The position numbers were made by a program, and so were the translations under genes. The notes below the pieces were generated by a model that worked only from the letters and a program-made list of their open reading frames with translations, was not told the DNA's origin and ran no database searches. Shown one piece after another: positions 1 to 12,008 of a stretch of DNA of 64,000 bases. Each line of letters opens with the position of its first letter. Positions within the stretch are counted from its first letter, which is position 1. The stretch is from assembly GCA_951406725.2 (NCBI GenBank), contig OX597823.1, positions 12,400,001 through 12,464,000 on the forward strand, written 5' to 3'. Source of the DNA: Octopus vulgaris. Lineage: Eukaryota.

Positions 1-960
1 TACTGATAAATGGCAAGAAACACCTCTCAATGGCAAATACCCAAAGAGAGCTAATAGTGCCAGTGTCGACAATGTCCTTACCCTTCAATTGTTAGTGTCT
101 CCTAGCTTAAAATCAGAAAGAGAAGGGTTTATCATAGCAGCCAAATATCAATGCCTACCAACAAGTAACTACCAGGCCAACATATTAAAGAACGACAGTA
201 GCCCAACCTGTCGTGTATGCAAAACAACAAAATGAAACCATTGATAATGTTGTCTCCACGTGCAGCCTTCTTGCGCCAGCAGAGTATCTCAACGGACATG
301 ATAGAGAAGCACAGTATATTCACTGGGTAATTTGCAAAAACCTAAACTTGTCCTATGATAAAAGCTGGTGGGAACAAAAACAATCTCCAGTGCTTGAAAA
401 TGATCAAATCTTACTCTTCTGGAACTTTACCGTTCAAACTATCACAACGATAGATGCGAATAGGCCAGACATCATATTGAAAGACTTCAGGCAAAAATCG
501 TACCTCCTCATTGATATGACTGCCCCAATCGACATAAATATATCTGTCAAGACCTACCAAAAACTGAGCAAGTGTAAAGATCTTGAAATAGAAATTAGCA
601 AAATGTGGAACCTCAAAAGTAAAACAATATCTGTTATCATAAGTGCTCTAGGAATGATAGCAAAAGGGGCCAATTCCTACCTAGCTCATATACTAGGAAA
701 CCACAAAATGGCAGAAATTCAAAAGATAGTGCTCATGGGAACTGCTCATATCATACCTAAAATACTGTCTATGTAATCTCAAATTTTGAAAGAAACATAT
801 TTTTTTTGTTTTCTTAAACATTCTCTAGAACAATACTATGTGCTAAACCAAATATATGACACCCTAGGCATAACACTTGATTGAACTTCTAATTTGTTGT
901 CTCTTGATATCTCTGGGTGAGACTTGGAGTCAACTTGTACAAATACAAAGTCAAAAATAA
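1..960 (+). mobile_element. 3' end of R4/Dong-type non-LTR retrotransposon (zinc knuckle + restriction-like endonuclease), degenerate
   Basis: ORF 213-776 has ETIDNVVSTC, HD...YIHW, RPDIILKD, IDMTAPIDIN, KxxKxKDLEIEI motifs typical of RLE LINE C-termini; ~180-bp 3' UTR ends in TAA/TGATAA repeats. Confidence 0.85.
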
Positions 961-989
<29 letters not shown>

Positions 990-991
<2 letters not shown>

Positions 992-1112
992 TTACGCAGA
1001 ACACTTTCCATACAATAACAATCAGAGCATCACAACGTATCACAGCACATACCCAAGGCACATAGAGCTGCGCTCGGTAGTGAAGTGAAAGCACGATATA
1101 AAAAATATACTA

Positions 1113-1116
<4 letters not shown>
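990..1116 (+). mobile_element. severely 5'-truncated 3' end of a second R4/Dong-like family
   Basis: TTACGCAGAACACTTTCCATACAATAA reads LRRTLSIQ*, resembling the C-terminus of the upstream ORF (IPKILSM*); short UTR then (TAA)n. Confidence 0.55.
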
Positions 1117-1199
<83 letters not shown>

Positions 1200-1236
1200 T
1201 AATGATAATAATAATTAATGATAATAATAATTAATG

Positions 1237-1313
<77 letters not shown>
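1117..1313. repeat. (TAA)n microsatellite
   Basis: direct reading. Confidence 0.97.
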
Positions 1314-1314
<1 letters not shown>

Positions 1315-1483
1315 TGCCCTGATGCAGTACCATACAGTGGCTCTCATGGCTTCTGATCTTAGCTGATTGGAAATGTAATCATGTACATTGTTTTGTCTTG
1401 GTATAAAAGATGGTCTACACCAAATATTCTGCTCAGCACCACAGAGGTGCTTGTCAGTTGTTTGACCTTAACCAGTTGAGCAT
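1314..1483 (+). mobile_element. 5' part of a non-coding TAA-associated interspersed repeat
   Basis: homologous to 38529-38655 (TGGCTCTCATGGCTTCT...ATCATGTACATTGTTTTGTCTTGGTATA...AACCAGTTGAGCAT); begins immediately after (TAA)n. Confidence 0.7.
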
Positions 1484-1649
1484 TAGGTGTGATAACAATA
1501 TCTTATTGCTAACGTTGTCTTCTTTTGGTAACTAAATATGTTGGTTGTCTTTATTTTTTGCATATTGACTGTATTGTATAGAACAAAATGGGTCCGCGCT
1601 CGTTATTCTCTCAGTTTTTTCCCGCCATGGAAAATAAGTTTGGTGACCC

Positions 1650-2345
1650 CTGCATTAGACCATTGAAAAATAATGAGGGATAAAAGTAATTTGGAATGTT
1701 GCAGGATGACAGGATAGTGAGAGGGAACGTCCCCATGGAGTACAAAAGGATTGGGAAGGAGCTAGAAAAGAAAACAAAAAGGATACTATACAGGCTGTTG
1801 ATACTTGGACCATTCCAGTATCGAAATACACTTCACATTCTTTCAAGTAGACAGAGACAGAGATACAGGAACGAGGTAGAAAATCTAGGAAGCTACACAT
1901 AAAGCACTATCTGTAACCACACAAATACTAATATCAACAAGCTCTACCAAGATAGAAGGTAGAGATTTGTTAGATGCATGCGACACAATCAGTATTGAGA
2001 AATAGGGTGTACAAAAAAAAAACTGTTGTGCGTATGGGAAAAAGAATAGATTCGGCAAGGAAAATCCAAAATGTAACGGAAATATAAACATAAAAAAAAG
2101 TATGGGAATTACACAATAAAAGAAAAAAAAAACACAAGACAGCCTAAAAAAGAAGAAATACTATATCCTGTTCATGTAACAAACAAAGAATACTTGAAGT
2201 AAAGAACGGTGGTTGTGGCTGACAGATTGAAATCTGAAAAGTTCCATCAACATTCTACAAGAAACCTAAGAAAGATTCTTGAGATTTGAGGAGAATTGTT
2301 GTCATCAAACCTCAAGACATTCCTGCGAACTAAAGTAGCATGTAA
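1650..2345 (+). pseudogene. decayed, internally deleted R4/Dong-like LINE fragment (third family)
   Basis: broken frames give IQAVDTWTIPV, RKSRKL, NKLY..RR.R(D/G)L, WLWLT..LK and terminal RNLRKILEI*, matching post-RT and terminal motifs of RLE LINEs; followed by (AAC)n. Confidence 0.55.
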
Positions 2346-2542
2346 TAAGTTTATAACAACAAAAACAACAACAACAACAATAACAAAAACAACAACAATA
2401 CGAAACACTGTGGAAAATATAAAGTGAATATTATTTCATAGAATGAATCTGGAAATATATATATTTCAGTGAAAAACATTTGCATACGTAATGCATAAGT
2501 ATGTATTAATAAATATATATATACATATACATATATATATAC

Positions 2543-2593
<51 letters not shown>

Positions 2594-2597
<4 letters not shown>

Positions 2598-3233
2598 TTC
2601 GCCTTAAATGGTCCCTTTGTATACTGAATACTTGGTGAAATTGATTAATTAATTAATTTTACCCTCAATTGTTGAAATTATAATTCATCTCTCTCTATAT
2701 AATGCCTCGGATTTTACCGAAAAAAGCATAGTGTTTGTTGATTTTAACCCACGCTGGTGGAAAGGGGAGAGCAGAAATTCTTCGTTTGCATATTTGAATT
2801 TGCTAACACTGTTAGTTTTGAACAGATCTTCAGAAGCGATAACAGGCCGAAAGGGTATGCTCCCGCTTTCAGTGTTTTCAAATCCAAACCAGGGAGTTCT
2901 GAGCTGATGATAGAAGTGTCGATTTTGACTAATCTTGAAACGTACGTTCTCAAATAACCTTTGCATTTGATTTTTTTTAATGTCTCTACCCTCATACTTT
3001 CGTGAGTTGAGTTGAGCAAACACTATATGAGAGAGATTTTCTTTAAGTATTGGAGATAGTTTTAAAAAGTTTTTTTAGCTGCTATTTCTAATGAGTTCAG
3101 TATGCGGCAAAGTAATTTATTTTACTAAGCCCTTTTATATAATGTAATAATTTGAATTCGCCTTAAATGGTCCCTTTGTATACTGAATACTTGGTGAAAT
3201 TGATTAATTAATTAATTTTACCCTCAATTGTTG

Positions 3234-3241
<8 letters not shown>
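2594..3241 (+). mobile_element. non-autonomous Penelope-like/retrozyme-like element with 89-bp terminal direct repeats, in (TA)n
   Basis: 2594-2682 identical to 3153-3241; (TA)n on both sides; internal hammerhead motif. Confidence 0.75.
2895..2959 (+). ncRNA. type I hammerhead ribozyme motif
   Basis: TGAG-CTGATGA(2904-2910)-stem II-GAAA(2937-2940)-CGTAC-GTT-CTCA; stem I TGAG/CTCA; stem III palindrome AACGTACGTT. Confidence 0.75.
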
Positions 3242-3268
<27 letters not shown>

Positions 3269-3270
<2 letters not shown>

Positions 3271-3677
3271 CTCTTTACACTTACTCTTTTTTTACTCTTT
3301 TACTTGTTTCAGTCATTTGACTGCGGCCATGCTGGAGCACCGCCTTTAGTCGATCGAGCAAATCGACCCCCGGGACTTATTCTTTGTAAGCCTAGTACTT
3401 ATTCTATCGGTTTCTTTTGCCGAACCACTAACTTACGGAGACGTCAACACACCAGCATCGGTTGTCAAGCGATGATGGAGGGGACAAACACAGACACACA
3501 AACACACACACATATATATATGCATATATACGACGGGCTTCTTTCAGTTTCCGTCTACCAAATCCACTCACAAGGCTTTGGTCGGCCCGAGGCTATAGTA
3601 GAAGACACTTGCCCAAGGTTCCACGCAGTGGGACTGAACCCGGAACCATGTGGTTGGTAAGCAAGCTACTTACCACA
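3269..3677 (-). mobile_element. tRNA-derived SINE family S1
   Basis: reverse complement of 43303-43718; A/B-box-like head, internal TA/TG tract, (GTAAAAGA)-type tail. Confidence 0.9.
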
Positions 3678-3729
3678 TATATATATATGTATGTGTGTGT
3701 GTGTATGTGTGTGTGTGTGTGTGCATGTA

Positions 3730-3765
<36 letters not shown>

Positions 3766-3844
3766 GCAGGAAGATAAATAAAACGTGAAAATCAGACAAG
3801 GTTGGAATTCTTTTTATTAATATATATATATATATATATATATA

Positions 3845-5132
3845 CAGGGGTTGGACAAGATGATGGGAACACCTTAAAATTTCAAACAAATTTATTTTGA
3901 TATGGGGTAGGACCGCCTTTATCAGTAATTACAGCTTGAATCCTACGATGTATGGTCTCGTGCAAAATTGTAAGTGTTCCTATTTTTGTCCTAAAACAGT
4001 CTTTTCAGCTGAAACAATCTCCAGTTCTTGTAGTGATGATGGTGGGGGATACCAACTCCTCACTTGTATTTCTAAAATGCACCAAAAATGTTTAATAATA
4101 TTGAGATCTGGGGACTGTGGTGGCCAGATAAGATGTTCACCTACACTGGAATGTTCCTCGTACCATTCAGTAACAATTTAGCTGTGTGGTTTGGTGCATT
4201 AACATCCTGAAAGATTGTATTCCCTCCGGAAATATTTCCGCAACCATAGGATGAATTTGCTCAAATAAAATGCTTAAATATACTTCACTATTAATCCTGC
4301 CATGAAGGGAAACCATTGTGCCGGCAGATTTCCAAGATATAGCCCCCCCACCACCACCACCACCACATCATCATCACAGATCCTCTTCCATGTTTAACGA
4401 TTGGAAGAAGGCAGTGTGGGTCAAATGCATCTTTTGGCTGTCTCCACACATACTCTGCTGGTGGTTGGAAATAAGGTAAAGGATAACCCGTCCGAGTAAA
4501 TAACATTCTTCCACTGTTTTAAGGACCAATATTGTAGGTTTTTACTCCACTCTAAACGCTTTGCAACGTTTGTTTTTGAAAGTAGTGGTTTTCTGGTGGC
4601 AGCCGTCCCGTGAACTCCGACTTGGTGCAGCTCCCGGTGAACAGTTTTTGAGGAAAATGGGTTCTTGAGGTGGTCATTATGCTCTGCAGTAAGTTTGGGA
4701 ACTGTACTTTTATGATCCTTTCTAACAATTCGCGTAAGACTTCGACGGTCCTTATCTAAAAGTTCTGGTTTTCTTATGGGGTTTTGTTTCGACGAGGAGA
4801 TTTTTAGCTCTTTCTCAAAGGCTGTCATTACTTTGGAGACAGTACTTCTTGATACACCAAACATTTCAGCTGTTTTCGTTACGCTACCGCTTGCAATACA
4901 AACACCAACAATTTGCCCTCTTTCAAAGTCCTATAGACCTGTCATTTTAATGAATTTCAATTGACTTTTTCTGGTGATATCTGAAAAGAAACAGCAATTT
5001 TAGCAAAACTTATTAAGCAACACTAATAATAAATCAAAAACATAAAAATAAATAAGCTTTTGAGGTTTTATAGATATTTCAAAAGTATGATGCTATGATG
5101 CTAGGTGCTTCAATTATTTTATCCAACGCCTG
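3845..5132 (-). mobile_element. Tc1-like DNA transposon, near full length, transposase disrupted
   Basis: TIRs CAGGGGTTGGACAAGAT / ATTTTATCCAACGCCTG with TA flanks; minus-strand frames give GVSRSTVSKV HTH, RKPLLS..N..KRLEW, WKNVIYSD, VKHGRGSVMMW. Confidence 0.92.
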
Positions 5133-5347
5133 TACACACACACACACATACACACACACATATATATATATGTATATATACATATATATACATACATACA
5201 TATATACATACACACACACAGACACACACACATATATATATATATATGTATATACATATATATATACACATATATATATATATGTGCGTGTGTGTATTTC
5301 AAATGATTATATACTTATGCATTATGTATGTATGTATCTATCTATGT

Positions 5348-5392
<45 letters not shown>

Positions 5393-5429
5393 CATACATA
5401 CACGCACACATTTGATATATATATATATG

Positions 5430-6095
5430 AAAAAGTAGTAGCTTAAAATGCAATGAAAATATTTAATATATTTTATTATTATTATTATATTTAAAGATTT
5501 AACCGGTTTCACAGTTTACACTGATTTTTCAAAAAAATTGAAAGAAAAAGACGTGGCTTATGTCGCAGCTGTTTCGCTTCTGACTAGTGTTTGAATCTGG
5601 CATGATTTTTATAGGTAGTTCATGGCTCAAATTAGTATGTTTTGAATATTCAGAGCATTGATTGTTCAGTCAACCGTAACAGCCTTAACTTACGACGGTA
5701 AACATTTTCATTTGATACCAACATATGGACGTAGCGGGGAATTTACAGACATTTCTAAGACCAGCCATGTGAATATCCTCTACCAATAAAAACTCATTCA
5801 AAACACATACTATTTTGAGCCATGGAGTCCCTAAAAAAGTAGGGTAAGCTTCAAACACTAGTCAGAAGCAAAACGGCTGCGACGTTTTTCTATTTCAGAT
5901 GTTTGAAAATCATTGTAAACTGAAACCGGTTCGTTTTTCTATTTCAGATGTTTGAAAATCATTGTAAACTGAAACCGGTTCAATCTCTAACTATGATAAT
6001 AAAACATATACTAGCTATTCTCAGGGCATTTTCAACTTCTGTTTTTCCTATATTTTATTCGTACCCGTGTGTAATCAACTAAATTTATATACGCG
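5430..6095. mobile_element. diverged fold-back element (arms ~5430-5650 / ~5790-6045) with variant hammerhead motifs
   Basis: arms are imperfect reverse complements (e.g. GCTTCTGACTAGTGTTTGAA / TTCAAACACTAGTCAGAAGC); TTGAAAA...GAAACCGGTT in both arms; 49-bp tandem duplication 5883-5980. Confidence 0.7.
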
Positions 6096-6585
6096 TTTGT
6101 ATAATATATAAACCTATGTGTGTACGAGTATAGGTAAGACTGTTTATACGAGTAGGTACGTATGTATGCCTATATTTACCATTTTACATAATATTTATAT
6201 AAAATCTGGTGAGTACAAGGAAATATTTTGGCTTTTTCAAGGGATGTTATTCAGTCCAGACCTCGTGGCAGCACACTGGTCATGTGGCATAACGTACTGG
6301 AGGGGGGCAGAAGAATTAATTTGATGTTCAAGAGTCAGGTATGTAAATCATATATATATATTTATATGCATAGGTATGTATGTAAGTATCTATGTATATA
6401 TATGTCTTTTTCCATACGTGAGAGAGAGAAAGAGGGGGCAGGGAAAAGGGGGAGAGAGGAAGGGTGAGAAGGAAGTAGAGGGATAGATATTTCGATAAAA
6501 TGATACATATGCATATATATTTTTTTTCAACTCATAATTTTTACCACGTTTTGTATACTGAATCTCCAGTAGTTTTACTCGTTTC

Positions 6586-6630
<45 letters not shown>

Positions 6631-6960
6631 CATATATATATGTATACATATATGTATAAAGATATATATAATATATAATATAATATGGTATAATATATAT
6701 ATTACATCTATATGTGTGTGTAGCGCGCGCGTTTATGCGTATGCGTATGTACATAACTATGTATATATAATGAGAAAGGACATTAATTCCAATCAACATG
6801 CCGCCATCATTCACCAGCTATGGGAAAAAAGACGTACATACATATATTTATATATATATATATATATACATAAATGTCTATCTATCATTTTATCTAAGTA
6901 TCTACCTATTCCGCTCCCTCCTTCTCACCCTTTCTCTTTCTCATGTTTCTCTCCCCCCAC

Positions 6961-7002
<42 letters not shown>

Positions 7003-7634
7003 TATATGTATATACGCATATATGTATATGTAAATATATACCTAAGTATAAACATACGTTTGGGTATGTATATGAGTGGGAGAGAGCGTGAGAGAAAGAA
7101 AGAGAGAGAGAGTGAGAGAGAGACACACAGACAGAGCAAGATAACTTGCATAAAACAACATTTAATAAACTTATAATTATTCTAAACATAAATGTATATT
7201 CAGGGTTATTTTTTTCCCAATATAACTTCTGGATGTTCGACTCCTGCAGTGAGTTTGCGGGTCTGGCGATGGCTTCCTCTCGCAAGTTTAGGTGTCATTC
7301 GGCTTCGGTGCAATTGGTGCATCACATGCACTCGAAAACAGACGCACATGCGTATGTAGTTATGTATGCATATATTTAAATGCGTTCGCGCGCGTGTGTG
7401 TGGGCACACGCGCGAGGGCGTGGGTTTCTGCTTATTTGAGCATAATTCACTCCCATCATTTTCCCCACTGCCGGTCTGAAAAATGGTCATGGTCGATGCT
7501 TTCTCTCTCTGGGATACAACACCTACCCACGTACACAAGATCACAGACACGCACGCACGCATGTATTTTGGTGTAAGAGAAAGAGAAGGGCAATGCTCGT
7601 GATAATTTGCTTTTCATTGAATACCGTGTGTAAA

Positions 7635-7666
<32 letters not shown>

Positions 7667-7669
<3 letters not shown>

Positions 7670-7863
7670 ACAATGATCCTGAAACATGCGTGTCTCTAGA
7701 TGCAGGCCTGGATGCTGGGTGTGTTTGTCTCCCCTTCGTAAATGTATATAAGGACACAGGAAAAATGTGTCGAAGCCAGCAGGAAGCGTCGATGCTTCCT
7801 AGGCTAAACAGCGGTGGTGTAACCCCCTACTGTCACGTTCACGTTAGATTGGCAGTATACAAC

Positions 7864-7868
<5 letters not shown>
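7667..7868 (+). mobile_element. 5'-truncated hammerhead-bearing element between (TA)n tracts, homologous to 22395-22605
   Basis: AGGA..TCCT-GAAAC-ATGCGT-GTC-TCT half ribozyme; shares TAAGGACACAGGAAA, CAGGAAGCGT..TGCTTCCTAGG and CAGTATACAAC with the reverse complement of 22395-22605. Confidence 0.7.
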
Positions 7869-7903
<35 letters not shown>

Positions 7904-7904
7904 A

Positions 7905-8242
7905 AGGGTAAAATCAAATCCAAGTGGTCTGCGCGGAAATAGAACCTCATAAGTAAATTTCATAAATATTTTATAATTATATGCATAATTATAACAAGGG
8001 CTTGGCTTGTGCCTCCACACGCGCTGAAAAATAGACGTCAAAAGACACTTTTACCACCATGAATTCTCCGAGAAAAACGTACTACATAATAGGCTAGTAG
8101 AAGAAATAAAATGAATTAAAACTGGTTAACCGCGGACATGAGATTTACTAGGAGAATTTATGGTGGTAACAGTGTCTTTTGACGTCTATTTTTCAGTGCC
8201 TATTGAAGCACAAGCTAAGTACTTGTTATAATTATGAATATA
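7905..8242. mobile_element. (TA)n-flanked fold-back element, arms ~7978-8069 / 8151-8242
   Basis: CTGAAAAATAGACGTCAAAAGACACT / AGTGTCTTTTGACGTCTATTTTTCAG. Confidence 0.7.
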
Positions 8243-8261
8243 TATATATATATATATATGT

Positions 8262-8561
8262 ATAATAATAAATATTAGGGAATAAATCCAAACTTACAGG
8301 GAAAAATCAGATTTAGGATTGAATCCAATTTTATAAACCACTATTAGGCAAATCATACAATGAAAAACTTAAGCCAATACATAAGATTAATTAATTTATA
8401 TTATTTAAATATATAACAAAATTATTAAAAAAATATAATTAATTTTTTTAATAATTTTGTTATATATTTAAATAATATATAAATTAAATAATCTTATGTA
8501 TTGGCTTAAGTTTTTCATTGTATGATTTGCCTAATAGTGGTTTTGTCTCTAATTTAATATA

Positions 8562-8562
<1 letters not shown>
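8262..8562. repeat. (TA)n-flanked AT-rich hairpin element, ~100-bp arms 8335-8434 / 8442-8543
   Basis: near-perfect inverted repeat with ~7-nt loop; related to 62838-62970. Confidence 0.85.
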
Positions 8563-8652
<90 letters not shown>

Positions 8653-8747
8653 CATATAAGGGAGAGAGAGAGAAACAGAGAGAAAGAGAGTGTTAAACAC
8701 ACACAATCAGTCACATACACTCATATACACATACACACAGATATATA

Positions 8748-9480
8748 CAGCCGGTCCCTCAAAATGTATCAATAGATATTGATTAGGTTGTCAAGAAAGT
8801 TTCGTTAAATTTTCGTTATATTACTTTGACTTTATGTATCATTTTAAAGCGCGTTTATCGTTCTATCTAATCATTTTACTCTTTTTCTTTTTGAATTTTT
8901 AGACGATTTTTTTCCGGGTCGTTGAATAGAACATGGACAAAAAGAAAATTCGCACACATCACTCCAAATTAGCCACATCACTCCAAACTGTCGAAATTGG
9001 AAAGTGTGTGCATCATCTACACATCTTGCCAAGAACCACTTGAGAAACTTCACTTCGATCTGATTGGTTCTATTGAGATCATAATCTATTCTAATAACTT
9101 TTCCGATGCCACCGCCTAAAATGCGGCGAACATTTTATTTTGAAATTCCTTTCGATCGACTTGTTTCTTAAATGTAGGCAATACATTCCTAGTATGTTTT
9201 TCTTGCTTTATAGGTCTTCCCTATGTGCGCAGTCTTCTAGAACATTTCTTGTTGGCATTTCTGATATGTACCGTCTGCTTCAAACCTATCTCGAATTCGA
9301 TTAACAGTAAGAAACATTGCCGGATCTCTTTGAAATTCCCTTTTAAATGGTCTTCAACTGCATTTTTTGAAAATTCCAGTTGCACTTTACCGTAAATGTA
9401 TTTGATCCCTAGTTTTGTCTGGCTCACTTCATTATTTCTAATGGTTCAAATCTAAAAAAAGGGATAGGTGAGTTATCAAG
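8748..9480 (-). mobile_element. highly decayed Tc1/mariner-superfamily relic
   Basis: TACAGCCGGTCCCTCAAAATGT TIR-like end; minus frames give LIWSDVCEFS and YGKVQL-like motifs. Confidence 0.35.
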
Positions 9481-9516
9481 TGTGAAAGTGTGTATACATT
9501 ATTTTTTTGCAACATC

Positions 9517-9596
<80 letters not shown>

Positions 9597-9607
9597 GTAT
9601 CTATCAA

Positions 9608-9697
<90 letters not shown>

Positions 9698-9707
9698 TAT
9701 ATATGTG

Positions 9708-10568
9708 CGAGGTATGATCAATAAGTATCCGCACTGTTGCCATAGTAACAAAGCTAAAACGCGAAGTGTGAAGCCGCTTGACAAAAATTGACCTTGAACG
9801 CTGCTGTGCATGTACACTACGTTTTAAATTTCTAGCTCCATTCAGCTGTTTACTGCAGTGCTTCGAAGGAAGGTGTGTAGCGTGTGATCATCGCAATGGC
9901 CATGACAGAGAAAGTTATCGTGGCGACACCTGTTCAGAGGCCTACACGAAGTGTCGAATGTGGTTGAACAGGAGTGTATGAGCCGCAGACGTTTCCAAAA
10001 TGGTTGAATAATGTTCTGGGAGTCCTGAAACCAGCAAAACTGAGGAAAACATCGCAGATTTGCGTGCAGCTTTGAGGGGAAATCGTCGAATCGCCATCCG
10101 TGAGTTCTCAGAGGAAGTGTAGATTAGTTACGGTGAAGTTCACTCCATTAGCACTGAAGATTTTAGATATGTGACACGTGTCTGCCTTGTTTGTTCAAAA
10201 ACTGTATTCAGCTGACCAAAAAGACACTTGGTTTTCAGTTGCACAAGATCTCCTTGATTGTATCGAGAACGATGGAAACTTTCTAAAAACTTTGCCTAGG
10301 ACTCTGAGCAGATATCGCCAAGCTTTTGGCTAAATTTGATGCAGATTCCCTGCTCAAAATACTCTCTCATGGTCAATGCAATCATCACACGCGACACACC
10401 TTCCGTCCAAGTACTGCTGTAAACAGCGGAATTGAGCTACAACGTTAAAAACTTAGTACACATGCACGGCAGAGTTGAAGGTCAATCTGTGCCAAGCGGC
10501 TTTACACTGCTGCATGCTTTAGCTTCGTTACTATGGCAACAGTCCGGATAGTTAGAGATCAGACTAAG
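9708..10568 (+). mobile_element. non-autonomous mariner element with long (~150 bp) TIRs
   Basis: CGAGGTATGATCAATAAGTATCCGCACTGTTGCCATAGTAAC mirrored by GTTACTATGGCAACAGTCCGGATA; internal NRRIAIRE..EEV.ISYGEVHSI transposase relic. Confidence 0.85.
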
Positions 10569-10600
<32 letters not shown>

Positions 10601-10613
10601 GGGGGGTGTATTG

Positions 10614-10986
10614 TGGCACTCCGTCAGTTACGACGACGAGGAATCCAGTTGATCCGATCAACGGAACAGCCTGTTCGTGAAATTCACATGCAAGTGGCTG
10701 AGCACTCCACAGCCACGTGTACCCTTAAAGTAGATCTCAGGGAGATTCAGCGTGGCACAGAGTGTAACAAGGTTGGCCCATTGAAATACAGGTACAACAG
10801 AAATAGGAAGAAAGTGTGAGAGGAAGTTGTGGAGAAAAAGTACACCAGGATTCGCCACCACCCGCTGCCGGAGCCTTGTAGAGCTTTAGGTGTTTTCGCT
10901 GCACAAGCACTCACAACGCCCGGTTTGGGAATCGAAACCGTGATCCGCGCGCCCGCAGCCCTAACCACTGGGCCATTGCACTTCCA
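10614..10986 (-). mobile_element. tRNA-derived SINE family S2 (octopus OR-like)
   Basis: reverse complement of 51196-51578. Confidence 0.9.
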
Positions 10987-11024
10987 CACACACACACACA
11001 CACACACAAATACACACACATATA

Positions 11025-11222
11025 TACTCTCTTTTACTCTTTAGTCGAGCAAATTGCCCCCAGGGCTTATTCTTTGTAAGCCTAGTACTTACTCTATCGG
11101 TCTCTTTTGCCGAACCGCGAAGCTATGGAGACAGAAGCACACCAGCATCGGTTGTCAAGCGATGTTGGGGGGCGGGGACAAACACAAACACACAAACTTA
11201 TACACACACATACATACATATA

Positions 11223-11271
<49 letters not shown>

Positions 11272-11420
11272 TACGACGGGCTTCTTTCAGTTTCTATCTA
11301 CCAAATCCACTCACAAGGCTATAGTAGAAGACACTTGCCCATGATGCCTTGCAGTGGGACTGAACCCGGAACCATGTGGTTGGTAAGCAAGTTACATACC
11401 ACACAGCCACTCCTTCGCCT
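11025..11420 (-). mobile_element. SINE family S1
   Basis: reverse complement of 43303-43718 with small deletions. Confidence 0.9.
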
Positions 11421-12008
11421 ATATTTTTGTATTCTTAATATTTTGGCTGTTGACGATAAAATTCCTAAATTCATGTTTCACATTTCCAGACCTTCCTAGT
11501 CATATTTTCAAGAACTGAATATGCATGACAGCTGAGTACCCCGAGGGGTAAAATGATATACGCAAAAGTGAAATACAACAAATACATCATAAAGTTCACT
11601 CAATGAAAATTTGAAAATTGAGAGACCACACATAAAACTTAGAGTAAGAATGAAATTAATAAAATCTGTCGAGCATACGAATATATAATCAAAATCCTTG
11701 GGAAACGGAACGCAAAATGTATCATATCATCCATATATTTTTACTAATAATATACAACAAAATGCCAAATCCAAAAACCTTATCAATAACATGCCGCAAG
11801 CACGGAAACGCAAGAATTATTGAAAGTTACAATATTCAGGACTTCTGTTGTTTCATTGGACGTACTAGTACCACTTTCTCTTGTTGGTTAATCATGCATT
11901 TACGACAAGCAGCCGTTGCAAATCTTTCTACCTCAAATCACAAATAAAGTTATATAGAAAAGAAAAGGTTTAATACATACACACTCTGTAAAATGCATCA
12001 GAAAAATA

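Noticed and set aside
2685-3023. Overlapping 66-112 aa ORFs inside the direct-repeat element
   Set aside because: No recognisable domain; consistent with chance ORFs in a non-coding element
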